DNA of 33,025 nt from a bacterium (lineage in GTDB: Bacteria > Krumholzibacteriota > Krumholzibacteriia > LZORAL124-64-63): NCBI GenBank assembly GCA_030654305.1, contig JAURXS010000245.1, forward strand, positions 1 to 33,025, read 5' to 3'. Shown here in pieces: positions 30,498 through 33,025 of the stretch (positions are counted from its first letter, which is position 1; the number at the start of each line of letters is the position of its first letter). The notes under the pieces are model-generated. The model was not told where the DNA came from. It saw only the letters and a list, made by a program, of their open reading frames with translations, and did no database searches. A program made the translations under genes and the position numbers.

Positions 30498-31856
30498 ATG
30501 GCTGAATTCAAGGCTTTCATGGATCAGGTCGTGGCCAAGAACCCCGAGCAGAAGGAATTCCACCAGGCCGTGCAGGAGGTCGTGGAGTCCCTGTGGCCCG
30601 TGCTCGACAAGCGCCCCGAGTACCGCAAGGCGAAGATCATGGAGCGCATCGTCGAACCTGAGCGCGTGATCCTGTTCCGTGTGCCCTGGATCGACGACAA
30701 CGGCGAAGTCCAGGTCAACCGCGGCTTCCGCATCGAGATGAACAGCGCCATCGGCCCGTACAAGGGCGGCCTGCGCTTCCACCCGAGCGTCAACCTGGGC
30801 ATCCTGAAGTTCCTCGCCTTCGAGCAGGTCTTCAAGAACGCGCTCACCACGCTGCCCATGGGCGGCGGCAAGGGCGGCTCGGACTTCGATCCCAAGGGCA
30901 AGAGCGACAACGAGGTCATGCACTTCACGCAGAGCTTCATGACCGAGCTGCAGCGCCACATCGGCCCCGACACCGACGTGCCCGCCGGCGACATCGGCGT
31001 GGGCGGCCGCGAGATCGGCTTCATGTTCGGGCAGTACAAGCGCATCCGCAACGAGTTCACCGGCGTGCTCACGGGCAAGGCCCTGAAGTGGGGCGGCTCG
31101 CTGATCCGCCCGGAGGCCACGGGCTACGGCGCCGTGTACTTCGCGCAGGAGATGCTCGCGACCCGCAAGCAGGACCTCAAGGGCAAGACCTGCCTGGTGT
31201 CCGGCTCGGGCAACGTGGCCCAGTACACGGTCGAGAAGATCCTCGACCTCGGCGGCAAGCCGGTGACCTTCTCCGACTCCGCGGGCTACATCTACGACGA
31301 GCAGGGCATCGACCGCGAGAAGCTGGCGTTCGTCATGAACCTGAAGAACGTCAAGCGCGGCCGCATCAAGGAGTACTGCGACAAGTACCCGAAGGCCGTC
31401 TACAAGGCCATCGATCCCGGCGCCGCGTTCAACCCGCTGTGGGACCACAAGGCCGACTGCGCCTTCCCCAGCGCCACCCAGAACGAGGTCAACGCCAAGG
31501 ACGCGGCGAACCTGCTGCGCAACGGCGTCTACGTGATCTCCGAGGGCGCGAACATGCCCACGGTCCCCGCGGGCGTCGAGCAGTTCGTCGACGCGAAGAT
31601 CCTCTACGGCCCCGGCAAGGCCGCCAACGCCGGCGGCGTGGCGACCTCGGGCCTCGAGATGTCGCAGAACAGCATGCGCCTCTCCTGGAGCCGCGAAGAG
31701 GTCGACGCGAAGCTGCACGGCATCATGAAGTCGATCCACAAGAACTGCGTGGAGACCGCCGAGGCCTTCGGCACTCCGGGCAACTACGTCAACGGCGCCA
31801 ACATCGCCGGCTTCCTGAAGGTCGCCGACGCGATGATGGACCAGGGCGTGGTGTAA
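30498..31856 (+). CDS. gdhA: NADP-type hexameric glutamate dehydrogenase (E. coli GdhA-like, canonical active site)
   Basis: GPYKGGLRFHPSVNLGILKFLAFEQVFKNALTTLPMGGGKGGSDFDPKGKSDNEV, DVPAGDIGVGGREIG, VSGSGNVAQY, SEGANMPT and ANAGGVATSGLEMSQN. Length 452 aa. Confidence 0.95.
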   Translation: MAEFKAFMDQVVAKNPEQKEFHQAVQEVVESLWPVLDKRPEYRKAKIMERIVEPERVILFRVPWIDDNGEVQVNRGFRIEMNSAIGPYKGGLRFHPSVNLGILKFLAFEQVFKNALTTLPMGGGKGGSDFDPKGKSDNEVMHFTQSFMTELQRHIGPDTDVPAGDIGVGGREIGFMFGQYKRIRNEFTGVLTGKALKWGGSLIRPEATGYGAVYFAQEMLATRKQDLKGKTCLVSGSGNVAQYTVEKILDLGGKPVTFSDSAGYIYDEQGIDREKLAFVMNLKNVKRGRIKEYCDKYPKAVYKAIDPGAAFNPLWDHKADCAFPSATQNEVNAKDAANLLRNGVYVISEGANMPTVPAGVEQFVDAKILYGPGKAANAGGVATSGLEMSQNSMRLSWSREEVDAKLHGIMKSIHKNCVETAEAFGTPGNYVNGANIAGFLKVADAMMDQGVV

Positions 31857-31861
31857 GCGGA

Positions 31862-32010
31862 CACCGCTGAACCACCCGACCGGCAGGGTCGGGGGACGCG
31901 CCCCGGGCACCTCGTGTGCCCGGGGCGCTCGACTTACGGGGCCCCGCGCCCTCCTGGCGCAGGACCCCTCCAGACGCCCCCGACCCTGCCGGTCGGGTGG
32001 TCCAGCGGTG
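31862..32010. repeat. Palindromic element E1: 34-nt inverted arms (1 mismatch) around an 81-nt spacer containing further hairpins. Starts 6 nt after the gdhA stop
   Basis: Left arm caccgctgaaccacccgaccggcagggtcggggg (31862-31895). Right arm cccccgaccctgccggtcgggtggtccagcggtg (31977-32010). Inner 13-bp hairpin gcgccccgggcac/ctcgt/gtgcccggggcgc (31898-31928). Confidence 0.85.
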
Positions 32011-32116
32011 CGGCCGCTCACGTGCAGTCGGAGGGGGAGCGGCCCCCCTGGAGCGCACCTACGCGGCATGATATGATGGCTCTCTAGGATGTCACCCATG
32101 CTTGGAGGTGTCCGTG

Positions 32117-32749
32117 ATGCGTACGATCCGAGTGTCGGTCGCGGCCGTGCTCCTAGCCGCGCTGGCGGGGACCGCCGTTGCCGCGGACTACTGGCCGCTG
32201 ACGCCGGGGGCGACCTTCACCTACCAGTGGTCCGACGGGCCCCTGAACGTCGAGATCCTGCAGAACTCCAATCCGGCTTGGTTTTCCAGGAGCTACACGA
32301 GCGCCCAATGCGCCGGATCCGGAACCTATCGACTCGACGACGACGGGGACGTCCTGTGGGGCGGGTCCGGCTGGGTGTGCAAGTCCTGGGTCGACCCCGA
32401 CTACTTCACGCTCACGCCGCCGGTGCTGTTCCTGGACCTGCCGCTCACGGTCGGCAAGCAGTGGCAGAGCGAGACGACGGTCGACTACGGCTACGGCTCC
32501 TTCGCAGCAACGCTCCACTGCTCCGTGACCGGCACGGAAACGGTCACGACGCCGGCCGGCGACTTCGAGACGATGGTGATGCAGATGATCACGTTCGACG
32601 GCCCCTGGTTCCTGCGTCAGTGGACCTACAAGCTGCACCGGCAGCTCGGCCCGGTGATCGACGAGGGCGGAGAACTGGTCGACTGGACCGGCGTCTTATC
32701 GTCCGACGAGTCGACCTGGGGCGAAGTCAAAGCGCTCTACGCCCGCTGA
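32117..32749 (+). CDS. Secreted hypothetical protein
   Basis: ATG 32117, 8 nt after GGAGG (32104-32108). MRTIRVSVAAVLLAALAGTAVAADYWPL... Signal peptide present and composition is ordinary. The C-terminus ends ...STWGEVKALYAR. Confidence 0.75.
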   Translation: MRTIRVSVAAVLLAALAGTAVAADYWPLTPGATFTYQWSDGPLNVEILQNSNPAWFSRSYTSAQCAGSGTYRLDDDGDVLWGGSGWVCKSWVDPDYFTLTPPVLFLDLPLTVGKQWQSETTVDYGYGSFAATLHCSVTGTETVTTPAGDFETMVMQMITFDGPWFLRQWTYKLHRQLGPVIDEGGELVDWTGVLSSDESTWGEVKALYAR

Positions 32750-32790
32750 ACCGTTCCTCCGCCGGTTGCACCAGTTCCGGCTGCGAAATC

Positions 32791-32986
32791 GTCCCTGCCA
32801 TGCCCATGCTGCTGTTCGACTCGGATCCGCACATCCTGCCGAGACAGGGGTGTCCTGCAGGCCCTGGAGCCAGGATGGCGGAAGGGCCGGAAGGCCAAGC
32901 GAGTCGGGCACAGGATGTGCCCGACGAGCGCCCCCTGTCTCGGCAGGATGTGCGGATCCGAGTCGCATCACAGCATGGGTAGGGAC
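32791..32986. repeat. Palindromic element E2: perfect 34-nt inverted arms (32817-32850 / 32932-32965) around an 81-nt spacer, with imperfect outer extensions. Homologous to E1 but in the opposite orientation
   Basis: Left arm cgactcggatccgcacatcctgccgagacagggg. Right arm cccctgtctcggcaggatgtgcggatccgagtcg. Inner hairpin gtcgggcaca/gga/tgtgcccgac. The outer extensions begin gtccct (32791) and end agggac (32986). Confidence 0.85.
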
Positions 32987-33025
32987 AATTCTACTGATGA
33001 CTGGAAATCCCCAGCGCATCGTGAA

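Noticed and set aside
31862-32986. E1/E2 palindromes considered as integron attC sites flanking a gene cassette
   Set aside because: I could not find the RYYYAAC / GTTRRRY core sites at the element ends. The two elements are in opposite orientation, whereas attC sites in an array are co-oriented. No integrase gene is in the window.

Overview
This is a high-GC (roughly 70%) bacterial chromosomal window, probably from an uncultivated lineage: one secreted protein ends in a FlgD-Ig/T9SS-like C-terminal domain. About 24 genes are supportable. The many long Arg/Pro/Gly-rich ORFs antisense to or overlapping them are high-GC artefacts.

Gene content, left to right:
- Partial Cys-rich secreted protein (-).
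- Secreted thioredoxin-like/FG-GAP/ASPIC protein whose reading frame is interrupted by one in-frame TGA (candidate selenocysteine, with an fdhF-like SECIS minihelix).
- ettA.
- Two secreted hypothetical proteins (-), one built from 15-residue Gly-rich repeats.
- RRM RNA-binding protein (-).
- acs.
- A minus-strand GT2-GT2-polysaccharide deacetylase-UDG block.
- An esterase, a DUF4920-like protein and a PepSY-TM-like protein.
- A long co-directional cluster (15.9-29.4 kb).
- A convergent metallophosphoesterase, canonical gdhA, and a small secreted protein.

The 15.9-29.4 kb cluster has two parts:
- A complete saccharopine-pathway lysine catabolic operon (LKR, SDH, aminoadipate-semialdehyde dehydrogenase).
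- Three paralogous PPDK_N-type (ATP-grasp, dikinase-like) proteins. Each has a different regulatory module (pseudo-REC+REC; none; Cys-rich sensor plus C-terminal nucleotidyltransferase), and all share an unassigned C-terminal domain with an invariant His. They are interleaved with a glutamate-dehydrogenase paralog whose catalytic Lys is replaced by Glu.

I consider this PPDK_N/GDH-like module the best candidate for an undescribed system, possibly a signal-controlled dikinase or covalent-modification module tied to glutamate/lysine catabolism. The selenoprotein candidate comes second. Third is a pair of diverged but geometrically identical palindromic elements (34-nt arms, 81-nt spacer) that flank the last gene in inverted orientation.

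No rRNA, tRNA, CRISPR array or transposase gene was seen.
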